From the NCBI GenBank assembly GCA_046563655.1, contig CM102285.1, positions 4,960,001 through 5,024,000 on the forward strand: a stretch of DNA of 64,000 nt. Reading direction: 5' to 3'. The notes below the pieces were generated by a model, which ran no database searches, was not told where the DNA came from, and saw nothing but the letters and a program-made list of their open reading frames with translations. The position numbers were made by a program, and so were the translations under genes. This stretch comes from Yuukianura sp. NJ FZ-2021. Lineage: Eukaryota. Within the stretch, counting starts at the first letter, position 1. Every line of letters begins with the position of its first letter. This document shows, piece by piece, positions 1 through 13,600 of this stretch.

Positions 1-131
1 TTCACATGTCTAGTTTCGCAATGTGTCAGTTTAATGACTCATATAAAAGCATTTGGGACAAACATTTAATATTACTCCAACAATACCTATGTACTATCAA
101 GTTGTCATTAATTACAACTTACCATTTTTAG

Positions 132-2780
132 TTAACGTCTCTGGAACTGCACGGATTTTACAACACAAATAGTGATGGATCGGACAATTCGCTGAGGTGA
201 GGCAATTAGAAATTAGACCAAATGCACTGCCGCACAGTGAAAGAAAGAATAGCTTCTTCACTTTCTTCCTGTACTTTCCCAATCGATCCTCTCAAATCTG
301 CCTTTAACGTCCTGCTCTTAATTTGCACTGTATTGCAAGTGAGTATTAATCATCACTTTATAGTGCTGGCGGAGGTCAAGACGAGAGATTGCGCTTGATC
401 AGGCAGGGTGGACACAGCGAGGAATCACCGCCAAGGAGCCCAGTCCCACATTCCCATCTCTTTTCCCACCAAGGTGGGACCGTGCTTAAGTTTCATCACA
501 ACTTCCCGCCCGAATCTCCACCGACGTATGTACACACGAGCAGTCTCAACCTTAGCCTCCAAGGACCTTGTCACAGCAATTCCAACTCACCGCCGCTTCC
601 AGTCGCCACACATCAGCCGGTGTCAGTCATCTCCAAGTAAGGCAGAATATCTTATGAAACCAACTTTACTTCTTCCCAGAAAACTTTACTTTCACTTTCT
701 CCTACGAGGGTAGTCGGGTTCAGTAGACAGGATAGCACACGTGAAACTTTTACAAAAACTTCCTGTTCTTTTAATCCTGTCTTCATGCGGTGTCTGACAT
801 ATCTGTTTGCAGTTGTATAAGCGAAATTCGAGTGTTTGGAATTGGATTTTACTGTAAAAGCAACGACAAGCATTCCTTGTTAAACATTTTTTTGGTAAAT
901 GATGGAAGTGTGCGCATTCCCAGAAAATGTTTCTCTAGAAGTCTGAAATGATTCAGAAAAAATTTATTTACATTGAACTAAAAATATTCTACATTGAACA
1001 TTGACTAGCAAAGAGAACTTCAACAAACCCATTCGTTAAAAGCGATCCGGGATTAAATAGCCGGTCAAAAGTCAACGAGAGTTACACAATCATCACAATT
1101 AGCAACTTTATGCGCTAATTTTCAGAATGAAACAATTCAACTTTCACTACTATTATTCACTTCGGTAACGGTGTGTTTTTGTTACCCTTCTTTGAGTGGC
1201 GTTAAAAATTTTGAGAAGTATTTTCCGGTTGCGTTACCACTTCCATCCTCTTCTTATAGTAAAGTCACATAATTGAAAGGGACGCATGCTATTGGTTCTA
1301 AAATGCTTCTAAAGGAGCATTGGTTCTAAAAAGTTTTCAAAATACTGTTAAAGGATAGTTTTTTTTAGAACTAATTTTTAGAAACTTTTTCGTTAGAAGC
1401 AATTCATTTGAAACAATGGCATGGAACCAAACTATGTATGCATATGAACCTTTCTGCAAACGGTAGCGTTCCAATGGAACGCGTTGGAACTTCCAAACAC
1501 TTTTCCAAAGCAGTACAAAAAAGCGTCTTGCATTTCACTCAACGCTGTAAGGAAAAATGAGAAATAGATGTTGCGCATTCATGCTAACTGAAGATATGGC
1601 AGCTGATCCCGACATTTGATAACCTATGCCTTGTTCCAGTGAGAAGACAAAGGAAGTGAGTGAGTCCAACGGCAGCGCCTCCAGCACGAACGATCTGTCC
1701 AGCGACAACAGCGTCATTTTCTCCACTTCGCCTAATTCCCAGAAGCGGATGAGGCTATTCCCCCAACCCTCCCAAAGACTCATGATTTACGTTCGAGAGG
1801 AGGGGGAGGACGTCTTTACCCCCCTTCATCTCGTCCCTCCCACTCGAGAAGCGCTTCTTAAGGCAGTACGTTCATTTCATCAATTCCCGCTTTCTTACGC
1901 ATAATGCTTTCCAGTCCCACCGTAGTCCACGGAAGAGTCAAGTACATTTAGAGCCTGTATTGTATGCGGTGTGTATCCTGATTTTACTCACCGTTTCTTG
2001 TACGTTCATTAACAGTTAGCTATAATAGATATCGTCGTGTCCACGCCAATGTGTTGGAGGATTAATGTTTTGGGTGAAAAGGCGTTTTCGCAACATATTC
2101 ACATATCGGGCACTAAAAAAGTTATCTTCATTCTTTTGTGGACTACGATTCGATTTAGCGTAAAATTTTTGGCCTAGGTGATGGATACACAAATATTCTA
2201 GAAACGCATGCTATACTACATTTGAATTTGTAGAGCTTATAGAGCCACACTCCATGAGCATTTTTACCTCCTTCCTAATCAGTCTGTGGAAGCGAGAAAG
2301 GAGAAAGTAAAGTTTAATGGGATTTTCCCTCAAAATGTTGTATTGTATATGCAATCATGAAATTCATGAAAAAAACAAATTTAAAGCCATCTTCCACAGC
2401 AAGTGGATTGAGAGGTGAAAAATTATGGGGTGGGTTCATCCTTGGATCAAAAGCTTTCGAATATTTAAAATTTGTGGATTATGTTTTTAGTTGGAAGAAA
2501 AGTACGAGATCTCTTTGGAATCTGTGAGGAATGTCTTCAGGAGAAATTGTAAAGGGTGAGTTAGCGAAGTGTCAGCAAGTTAAATTTATGATGCTTTTCA
2601 TGCTTCAATTTTGCACGATGAGTGATATTGTTGCTTTTTCTTTTTAGCGTGGTTGTCAAAGTTGATGATGAGATGTTGCAACACTATTGCCATGAAGACA
2701 GCTTTCTCCTTCATATTACAAGAGATAGTGAAAGTGGAATGATGGACATCACCCTCACCCAAACGCAAGATACATGCTAA
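132..2780 (+). CDS. grh: Grainyhead transcription factor, 3' exons (5' part outside the window)
   Basis: GT-AG exons 132-196, 364-636, 1640-1865, 2491-2555 and 2648-2780 join in frame. The C-terminus RLMIYVREEGEDVFTPLHLVPPT...LEEKYEIS...NCKGVVVKVDDEMLQHYCHEDSFLL...DITLT matches the Grainyhead C-terminal dimerisation domain. Confidence 0.9.
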
Positions 2781-5026
2781 ATGTCTCACCTATCTCAAGC
2801 AACCCAAGATGCTCGACCAAAATTCCCGTGCCAATAATCAATGCCAATGCTTTTGTAATAGTCCTAGAAACTTCCAAAGAAGACTATGGAGAGTGTCATT
2901 CCAGAAAACTCAAATTGTTGAACTTTTTCGAGCTACGTCCCACTTATTACGTGCGTCAACTCCAACTTCAACTGAATTTGACGTCTTGGAATAGTTCTTT
3001 CGATTCTTTGTACATAGTGTCTTCCTTTATTCTGATAGGAAAGATCAATTGCTCAACTCAGATAATTTCAATACTCGGATTTTTAATCTTGCCCATGACG
3101 GTACATATTCTCATATTATAAGTAATTATCTCAACTTTAAAAATGTTTTCGTGTGGTGCGTCTACTCTGCCGATGGACGACGGTGGGTGCGTTTGGCTTT
3201 TAAAATCTCTCCGTCACAATTTGCCTTAAGACTGTGATGAAGGGACGGATCATGAATCATCCAAATAATGAGCTTCCATATTTTAGTTAGTGCTTTACTG
3301 TACTTATTTAGTGAGGGATTTTTTGGCGGTAGGCCAATCAATGCAACTGGACATTTGTATTCTATATTTGGACTAAAGACAAATTAGTTAACTACAGCTA
3401 TTAAGTAATGAACGACTCCTGCTTTCATCGAGCTTCCATAGACTAGATTACAAGGCTTGAATGCTATTCTGGCTTAAGTTAATGCATTTCTGTTAAATTT
3501 CAAATGATTTTATTTGGTGTGAGTTCATAATTGTAAAATCGAAAGTGGTTTTCATTTGTTTCAAGTGAAACGCTTTCATTTGTTTCAAATGAAACTTCTT
3601 TCATCGATTCCTGCAAGTGCAACTCTTATGTCCGTATGTTACAGTCTGTATTTTAAAATCTAAAGCACGAGCAGGATTCGGTTGTTGCGTAGCATAGTTA
3701 GGAAATGTTGAAAATTCTATAATATACTCAGAAAATATACTTTTAAGCTAAACTGTTAAGATTTAGAATGTTTTGCTCTTTATGTTATGAACCAAACAGG
3801 TCAATTTATTTTAGTTGTATATGTTCTAAGGGAAAGGTTGATTGTAAAATATGAAGAGTGCCATCATCTTCAATTTATTTTTAAATTCAAACACTCAACT
3901 TCACAGTATTCTTCATCCCATTCCGAAAGTATAGGGATTCTGGAATCCTGGGAGAATTATAGATTACAATAAAATGCTGTGGTGAGAAAAAACATTTATT
4001 TAAACTTTTAAAAAAATTAAGTGTTTAACTACTTCATGCTATGCAAGGTTCGTAAACAAGAATGTAGTTTTTCTCTGCAACAGGTTAGGCAATAACTCTT
4101 TTTAAATTCTTGTAAAAAATTTGCAAACTTTGGTTGACCGTTCTTTTCTATAGCAATGATTTGTGCGTAATCCAATGGGATTTACGTGAAACTGGCGGGA
4201 AATTGTGTTAAACCCTAGAAAGTCAGAGCTGCCACGTTTGTTGCGGCACGTTTATTTCTGGAACTGCTTATCCGATTGAGGCCAGATCATATGAATTGGC
4301 TAAGCATGCTCCAGAAGTGTTTTTTTCTCAAAATTTGGACAATGGCCAATGGGCTTTTGATTTTTGAGAGTTAAAGTACTTGCGGATTTTGCGGTGAAAA
4401 TCCGCAGAATATTAGTTCTCGTTACTTTTAATACAGTACACCAATGACCCGGTACCAGGCGAACAACTCCATAGTGGAACTGGGTGATATATTAGTAAAA
4501 AACCGAATGCAGACCGACGGAAGGATAAACTCGTATCAAGAGTCTTCTGCGGTATGTGTTAAATATGGTCTTAAAATGTAGGAAGTGTTGCATTGAATTT
4601 TTACATTTGTGTAATGGGGTATCGTCTGTTACACATTTTCATTTTGAACCAATCCCATACTCAACGAATTGATTTTAACCCTTTTAAATTCATTTAATTT
4701 GATTTTAATTTTAATTTGAAACAACTGCATGGATACTTGGAATATGCGGGTTGTGAACAGTTGTTCATTAAGTTTATTAATATGCTAACTAATTACTGTA
4801 GAAAATGAACAATAGAAAGGAAACAGAAGCAGTTAAATATTTAAACAATGGAGTTATTAAATTAATGGGTATAAAATAATGAATCAAAAATAAGTTCGAG
4901 CACGACAGAAAGCAAAGTAGTATCATAGTAGTACTAAATTCTGGACTGTCACACCAACTGTAACATTGGGAGTTGACTTGGTTATCTCAGTTTCGTAATT
5001 TGATGACATTTTGGATGGTATTTTTC

Positions 5027-6993
5027 TCAAGATAATATGGCAGCTGAGTGGCGGTGTGCGATACCCAGCGTCTCAAGACTGTTCCATCTTCGAGTTGCGT
5101 TTGGGAATGGTGACATGCCAGAAGTATCTGGGGTTGACGGAGTCCCAGTCTTGTCTCTTCCGCTGGCTACAGAAGACATTGCTTCCAACTTCACTGCACG
5201 CTCTTTGCTTAACGGTTCTGGAGGCAAGGTCAAGTCGTTTGCTTCAGCAAGTGTACGAAGGTCGAAGTAGTACTTTGCGTAGACACTCGAAGGGACGTTG
5301 ATATTGAATTGGAGAAGCTCCAGACATTGGCGCTCCAATTCATTCCTAAAAAGACATAAAATTTATAATAGGGTAGACACATTGCTTTTGTTGTCGCCGG
5401 TATTAAACATAACAAGTATTTTCTTACATGTCTTCCACAGTAATATCTTTAAGGATATGACAATAATCCACGTTCCAAACTGCTTGGTCGTCCCAAACCT
5501 TTGAAGCAAGCAAGACAGAACCAAGAACCATACGACGCCAGTTTGTAGACATGATGTCCATTTCCGCGTAGGTCAACAATCGTTCCAAGTAGACTAGAGC
5601 AATTATAGCACATTCAGCTGTAAGCTGAGCAGCATTGAAAAGTGTTCGTACAAACCTATATGCGAAAATTAGAGAAACAAAATTCAAATGGTTTAGTAAC
5701 CTCATCCTTCAGCATAAATTTCGTCACAATGTAATACACAAGGTAGTACATCTAGCACCAAATGCATGGAGTGATCTTGTTCTTATGTCTTTTCATTACA
5801 TGGTTCGTCCAGTTGTTCGTTTGCTGTCGCCATCTTATGTTCTTCACGAGTTTGTGAATTTCTTTCAAGTCGAATCGTTGAATGCTAACACAATAATCGA
5901 ATAACTTCTTAGTAATACCGCTTTGTGAGTGTGGGAATTGCACACAGAACACATTACACGTCATTTGACGTATTCCTTCCCATCCAATATGAAGAAAATC
6001 ACAATTAAATAATAATATTAGATTGCTAAAGCCTGGACTTAACCTTACAGGTACATTGTGTTCATTCTCGTTCAAACATGTCAAAAAAATACCTTAGTGT
6101 AATTGTGACGTTACCTGTAAATTTGTCTGTGCTCTGGGTTGTGAATCTCTAAAGGCGGCCCTTCTTTCGACAAAGGATGTAGACGCTCATCGAAGATGTC
6201 CAAGGGACGCTGTGATGTTCGATTTCGAATGTGATAATAAATAGCCAACGAGAGGCACTTCAGCGTATTTTTCAAATTTGGTTGTGAAACAGTCGAGTCA
6301 TCAAGAAAAATTGTGGAACAAGACGAACTCTTCTTCAGCGGACTAGGTTCATGAATCTGTTGAATATTCAATAATAGTTTAGTTTTAAACGGGTTGCCCC
6401 TCCGCAATGAATACGTGAGTGGGATTGGGGATTGGGGTGTCCGTCATTTTTCATCAACCAATTTAATTTGCCTAAAAGACACCTTCATAATTAACATGGC
6501 GGTCAGTAAAAGGATATTTAAACAATTTCTCTAATTCGAGCGGGGTCTGTCTACGAAAAGTTACAAAAATTAAAACTCAAAAGAGTAACTTTTTTTTTTA
6601 AACGAGTTCTTGTGCAGTGCTTATCCTCGTTTCTTTATGTTAGTTTATAAAATGAGAGACCCTTACCTGGTTCATACTCTTCTTTCTGATCATACCATTC
6701 TGAATTGCGCGTTTAGATTTTTCAATGAATAAGGTTTGGGCGGAAGGATGCACTGATGGGTCCTTGTTGAAGTCATCTGGTTCTCGCTCACTGATGTGCT
6801 GCAGATTGGCCCCGCTTTCTTCGCGATCTAATCCGCTGCTACGGCCTCCTCCAGGATCATGGCGATGATCGCCAAACTCATCAAAATCACTCTCCCGGCC
6901 TGCACGTCCATTGGTAGACCAGGAAGTCTTCGCCTCAGGATTCTGGTTCCTTCTTGGTCCTCTCCATGCACAACAACTGTTCAAATTCCCCAT
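5027..6993 (-). CDS. CycY: Cyclin Y
   Basis: Starts MGNLNSCC (lipidation-type N-terminus). Motifs [71 protein letters not shown] and [18 protein letters not shown]. Exons about 6667-6993, 6115-6356, 5447-5656 and 5027-5345. Confidence 0.95.
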
Positions 6994-8307
6994 TCGGTCT
7001 CTATATAAAAGAAGTACCAGAGAACATAAAATCACCAGTAAGCGGATAAATGGAAAACTTAGAAATGTGATATAGCGTACCCGAGGCGAGGTGCTTAAAA
7101 TGTTAGTTTGAAACGAAAGTGTCTGATGCTTGATGCAACTTAGGATCTTCCAGTGTTTGTTGACAACCGGTTCAGTATCTCCCAAGATCTATGGTATTTG
7201 TCACTGATTTTAGTTATTCGCGTTTTCACTTTACCGTTGATGTGAAACCGGCCGTACACCATATTTTGATAACTGACGTAAGAAGTTACAATGTTCTGCA
7301 ATAATAATTGTAAAAAGTCATTATTTTATTCCGTCAATCAGAATCAAAACCAGACCAGATGAGATGATGATGAGATGAGAGAAGCGGAGAACGAGAAGCT
7401 GAGGATTTCCTGATACAGTATACAGTGTATATACTACATTTCGCGGAGGTGCCTAATCCGCTGAATCCTATGATTACGATCCATCTTCGGTTACTTTTAT
7501 TTTAACATATACCTGTACATGTGCCATCGGGCGTTCAGCACCGCCCGGACTTGTTTTTTAAGGGTTTTACTGGTATTCCGAGGTGCTTTAAAGCACAATC
7601 CTTTTTTTTTTGTTTTTGCAAAAACAACGCTTTTCACATAAACAATACATATCGGCACTGGTCACATCGTGTGGTTACAAAAAATGGTATTCCGTTGTAC
7701 CTCAACCCACATTTAAAGAATAGGCCCATTGCCTCCTCCGAGTTGAGGTAATGTTGAAGGACGATCATTGTAACCGGAAAGTTTAACCACTTATGGTCAT
7801 CTTGGGTGGTGAGTTGTCGAGTTGTGACAACGGCATATTCCCATATTATACGCAGATGCAGTTCGTATTTATACAGTAACATTATATATCATGTAAAACG
7901 TACTATATCCTATGGGCGCCTTACATCAATCACCCATTTTTTCCTAACCAGTTGCCACAAGCTCAGCCATTCAAAACTACCGCCAATGCGACTACACGGT
8001 ACGGTTACAATTACAACTGTCAAGCCTTACTTCAACAGTAGTCAAGTCTGTTTCCCTCCTTTTCTTTTTGGAAAACTCCAAATCCATACCGTAAACAAAA
8101 GAGAAAAGACTGGCAAGTATTTTATTCGGAAGCAGCAGAATTAACCACAATCTACTGCAGCAGAAGGTTAGTCACTTAAGTAATGGGTGAAGCGCTGGTT
8201 GAGGCATTTGTTTCAATATATTTCAATTTTTGATTTGGCTTGTGAAATTCACAGGGTAAAAATCTTTTTCCGGTATCCCCGCAACCATTTTGAAGCTATA
8301 AAACGCT

Positions 8308-10150
8308 ATGAATAACAAGAGATCCAGAAACAGAACTCTGCGAGAGAGACAACCACGAGTAGTTTCCGAGAACGGACGGGTCCTTGATTTTTTAAATGAA
8401 CCCGAGTCCGCAAGCACTGATGTACCTTCTACAGATACCTGGTCCGAAAATGACCGCATCGGACTGGCGAAACGCGTTCTTCATACATCGATTCCATCAC
8501 ACCTTCCTTGTCGCGAGGCTCAGATAGATTTCCTGTATGGATTTTTTAGTTCTCACATTCTGGATAAGATTGGTGGAGGACTTTGTATCTCTGGGTCACC
8601 TGGAACCGGGAAGACTGCTGTCATACATCACGTGTTGGACAAACTTTTGAACCAGAGTAAAGGAATAACAAATCACGACTTCATACCTGTCTTCATCAAT
8701 TGCGTGAACTTGGGGTGCCCAGCTGACATATACGACTCAATTCGGAGTAAACTTGGAATTAATTCAGCAGGAGATGACTTACTACAACGACTTACGGATC
8801 GTTTCACCTCCAGAGGAAAAATGATGTAAGGCTATTTTACAAATGTAGTTTCGAGCACAGCACAGCCTAGTTTCGTGGTAGATTTTTAGTTTAGTTTGTC
8901 AGAGATAATCTCATAATAAGGGCTACTGAATAAGAGCCCTGTCGAAGCCAAAACCTATGGTGTTACTAGCAAGGTCCTACGTGTCCTTAAGTAAGATAGT
9001 TAAAAGCTAAATACTTCGTAGTTGACATTCAGCTGATTTATTATCTTAGACTTTAGTTTGGTTTTTAAAGGTTAGGTTATGGAATTATTGTTTCGGTTTT
9101 GACATATGTTTATGTTTTGTTATTTTTTTTCAGCGTTTTGATTCTGGATGAAATTGACCAACTCTTCGGCACAATTGGAAACGAATGTCTATCCCATTTG
9201 TTCGAAATGACACAAGTGACCAAGTCTAAATTGATTCTTGCAGGGGTTGCAAATTCCCTTGATTTGATAAATCAACTACCATTCATAAGGACTTCCTCAT
9301 CGAATGTGGCATCCAAGCGGAAGAGTTGTGGGGTCAAAGTTGAACGAGCAACATCGACGATCCAGCATTTTCATTTTGCTCCCTACGAACGCGAAGAAAT
9401 TGCTTTAATCCTAAAAACAAGATTAGGAGGCCTCGAACTAGAAGAACTTTTCGATCCTCTTGCGATTAAGCTCGTGGCTGCTAAGGTGGCTTCTTCCTCT
9501 GGCGATATTCGTAAAGCTCTAAATGCCTGTAAGACTGCCTTAGATCAAATGGAGAAAGAAGGAAGATTCAATCTCAATAAAGCCAACGAAACCGGTAAGT
9601 AGTTGATTAAAGACAAGACAATTGCAAACGTATAAACGCAACTTAATATTTACATTATTTTTGTGTTCTTCGTTTAGGTTCCAAAACTTCAAGTCCTGCT
9701 GGAACCACTGCAGTCGGTATACTCCACGAAGGAATTGGTGTTGGATCTGTGGCGAAAGTCTTGAAGCCCAGGAAAGCGGATGTCGATCTTCCCATTCAGC
9801 AGCAACTTCTTCTTGCAACGCTTTTACGAATTCATCACAAGTCGGCTGTGAGTTCCGGTGTGGTATCTCCCATTTCGTTAAGCTCGGTGTACCAAGAATA
9901 CCGAGAGGTTTCTGAGAGGAAAGGATTCGAATTCATAGACATGAGTGATGTTCGGACAATTTTCGCTATGCTGGAGGATCGTTCCCTCGTCACATTTGCG
10001 TCCAGCCGCCCGCCAAAGCCATATCCACGGAAAGGAGTAAGAGCCGTTTGTAACAATTCGCAGAGTGTGGAAGCCGTCATATTTGACCCCAAGAGACTGG
10101 AACTAATGTTAAAAGATTCGGATTTACTGGATTCTATTGTATTTTCTTAG
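8308..10150 (+). CDS. Cdc6: Cell division control protein 6 (AAA+ replication licensing ATPase)
   Basis: Walker A GSPGTGKT, Walker B LILDEIDQL, ILAGVANSLDL, FAPY, KVASSSGDIRKAL and a winged-helix tail LPIQQQLLL. Exons about 8308-8825, 9134-9594 and 9678-10150. Confidence 0.93.
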
Positions 10151-10671
10151 GAACTAACAACATAAGGGGAAAAGAACTTTTTCAGTGTTCACAGACAGAA
10201 ATTCTCAACTCTGAATTTCCAATGTTTTTTGTTTGTTTGTGAATTTACAACATTTTAAAAATAAACGACGTGTACTTAGTTGCAATGACAGATTCAATTG
10301 GAAGTCATAGCGCATGTTTGCAAAAATTGATCTTGTCAAACATCCTAGACTAGCATTTTGACTTGGAGCATTGTGCATTTCTTCGTATTCCAGGACTTTT
10401 AGTTGATTTCAAAAAAAAGTTCACATAACCTGGAGACGAGATGGTCGTTTTCATTTGTATCCATTTTATTAGGTTATACGTCAATCGCTAAAGTTTCATT
10501 TCAACGAGCTCTTCACTCGGAAGGAATACAGTTAATTAAATAGTAACACGTGGAAAGCCTACGCTGGTGAAATTTACTGCGCCTTGTTTGCCAATTTGGA
10601 CAAAAGACAAAATGTTATGAAGTGAGGGAAACGTGCGTGGAAAAAACATGAAATAAGCATTTGGGTTGAGT

Positions 10672-13600
10672 TCAGTACGGATGGAAATTTCCGTATGTGC
10701 GGTGCTGCTGCTGCTGAAATCCACCACTGGAACGTGGGTATCCCATGCCCCCACCACTGAAGAAAACGTTAAACAGGTTTGAAGCGTCAAAGTCTGATCG
10801 TCCAAAGCCAGAATCTGGTGAATCTAGTAGATCATGGCCAGCGTCGTAGCGGTTCCTTTTCTTAGGATCCGATAGTACTTCATATGCCTGTCCTAATTCT
10901 TTGAATTGCTTCTCTTGCTCCTTCTGCACAGTTTCGGAGGCAGATGAGTGTCGATCTGAAACAAATGATTGAATACGTTATGTAGGGTTGAATTACAAAC
11001 CTTAATGATTAATGAAAACGTGAATTACCGGGATGGTGAATAAGGGCTCGTTTCTTGTACGCCTTTTTAACATCGTCTTGACTTGCATTCTTGTCTACTC
11101 CGAGGATTTTATAGTAGTCTTTTCGTAGAGCTTTCTTGGCCGCCAACTTCATTTCCTGGATGTATTTGCGGTACTCCGTATTGCGTGAGTCCAACTTCTG
11201 GGCTGCCTAAGGGTTTCAAAAGTTGGTTAGAATGTTCGGCATATATCCAAATTAAACGCACTAGGAAATGTTTAAAGTTGTGTTGTTGCAACTTCCTTGA
11301 AAGCGTTAAAAAAGTCACAATCTTTGAAGGCTAAGAGGGCGTAACCTAAATAAAGGACGCCCTCTGTTTCAACGATTCAACTTTTAGAACGTACCTCATA
11401 GTCTGCTACGGCTTCATTGAACATTTCTTTCGTCTTATGAATGTGTGCCCTATGGAGATGGGCCTTCAAGTACGACGGGTTGAGCTCAATTGCCCGATTG
11501 ACCGTAGTCAAGGCCTCGTCCAACTCTCCCAGCTTCGTAGCAATCAGAGACAAGTTGAGTGACATTTTCGACTCGATCATGCTCTGGTCACAAAAACAAA
11601 CATTATTATCAAAATGGAAACCGGAAGCCGATAATAGAAATAAGGCGATAACATGAAATGAAGGCTTACGTTTGGATATTCGAATGCCTTGACACTCTCG
11701 ATGCATTCCATGAATTTCACACGCGCCTCAGCATAGTTTCCTTTTGAAAAAAGACTAGCAGCCTCCTCGCGTACTTCTTTCAGTTTCTTTGTTCTCTACA
11801 TAAAGAATATACACTGGTTAGAGAGTTAAATCATTTAAAAACCAGTTACAAGAGACGTAACCAATCTGTAAATGTGTTAGAGGTGTAATGAGTATATCAT
11901 GTCAGCGAAATTTTTGGAAACGGCATCCTCAAGGCTTCCAGTTGCAATTTGCAAAACGCGCACCCTTGGATTTCCTCTTATCCCATACCTAATCTTACAC
12001 CCACTTTACTTACTCCCTAAACAGTCACAGTCACAACAGTCACCAACATGTTAAACTTGAAATACAACGCATTACCCTAAAGAAGTTAACGATCAGAGTG
12101 CTGTCAGGAGCAAATTGAAGAGCCTGTTTCAAGAATTGGATTGCTTTATCCAGATTATCCAGATTGTAAAGACAAATGGAGCGGATGTAGTAGGCGTCGA
12201 CGCAGCGGGAATCCAGTTGTAACACTTCCCTGTTTAAAAAAATGGTTATTAGCTAGATATTTCATGCTAACTACTCTTAAACGGTATTTTTTAAATGATA
12301 AACATGACTTACGTGCATAGCTCCTGTGCTTCAGGTGCTCGATTCAGCTTAAGAAGAGTGTCGGCCTTAATCATTTTCAGTTCCATATCTCCGTCCGCAA
12401 TCGCTAACGCTCTTTCGCAATGGAATAACAGCTGAAAATGAGAACATGTTTTAAATACAACCAAAATTACTTTGCTTAGGACAGGACGTTAGCACACTTT
12501 CATCATAAGTTAAATTCCTTGAGGAAGAACTCCGCACAACTCTCCAGCTTCCAGGTTCAGAGAACAATGTCCGGATTTTCCGTACCAAGGAATATTATTG
12601 CGGAGTCGGAGTCAGACACCAGTACGTACTGTCCCTCAGCAGCTATAAACGACCCTCTGGAAATGAGGAATTATGGCGGCTTGTCAAAAAAATAGGTCCA
12701 CAAAAATAAAATTCACCGTTTTTCAATAAAGCGGTTTTCCTGCCACAAGCCACAGATTGTTCAAAATTTTTATTCTTTCACAATTTTGAACTTTTTTCAA
12801 AATTTTGAACATTTTTTGTCAAAATTTTGAAGTTTTTTCAAAATTTTGAACTTTTTCCAAAAACTTTCACTTTTTTCAAAATTTTGAACTTTTTCCAAAA
12901 ACTTTCACTTTTTTCAAAATTTTGAACTTTTTTTCAAAATTTTGAACTTTTTCTCAAAATTTTGAAGTTTTTTCAAAATTTTGAACTTTTTCTCAAAATT
13001 TTGAAGTTTTTTCAAAAACTAACTTTTTTCAAAAATTTTTCACTTTTTTCAAGATTTTTCAAAATTTTGACCTTTTTTCAAAATTTTGAAAAAGGTCAAA
13101 ATTTTGAAAAATCTTGAAAAAAGTGAAAAATTTTTGAAAAATCTTGAAAAAAGTGCAAAATTTTTGAAAAAAGTTAGTTTTTGAAAAAACTTCAAAATTT
13201 TGAGAAAAAGTTCAAAATTTTGAAAAAACTTCAAAATTTTGAGAAAAAGTTCAAAATTTTGAAAAAAAGTTCAAAATTTTGAAAAAAGTGAAAGTTTTTG
13301 GAAAAAGTTCAAAATTTTGAAAAAAGTGAAAGTTTTTGGAAAAAGTTCAAAATTTTGAAAAAACTTCAAAATTTTGACAAAAAATGTTCAAAATTTTGAA
13401 AAAAGTTCAAAATTGTGAAAGAATAAAAATTTTGAACAATCTGTGGCTTGTGGCAGGAAAACCGCTTTATTGAAAAACGGTGAATTTTATTTTTGTGGAC
13501 CTATTTTTTTGACAAGCCGCCATAATTCCTCATTTCCAGAGGGTCGTTTATAGCTGCTGAGGGACAGTACTAGTATTTCAGCCACAAAGGTCAAAACAAT

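Noticed and set aside
7660..8035. RNase P/MRP-like P3 and GGAAAGT motif
   Set aside because: No convincing CR-V partner for helix P4.
8161..8212. Resemblance to U6atac (AGAAGGTTAG...GGTTGAGGCATT)
   Set aside because: Too short and partial; better explained as a 5'UTR splice donor of Cdc6.
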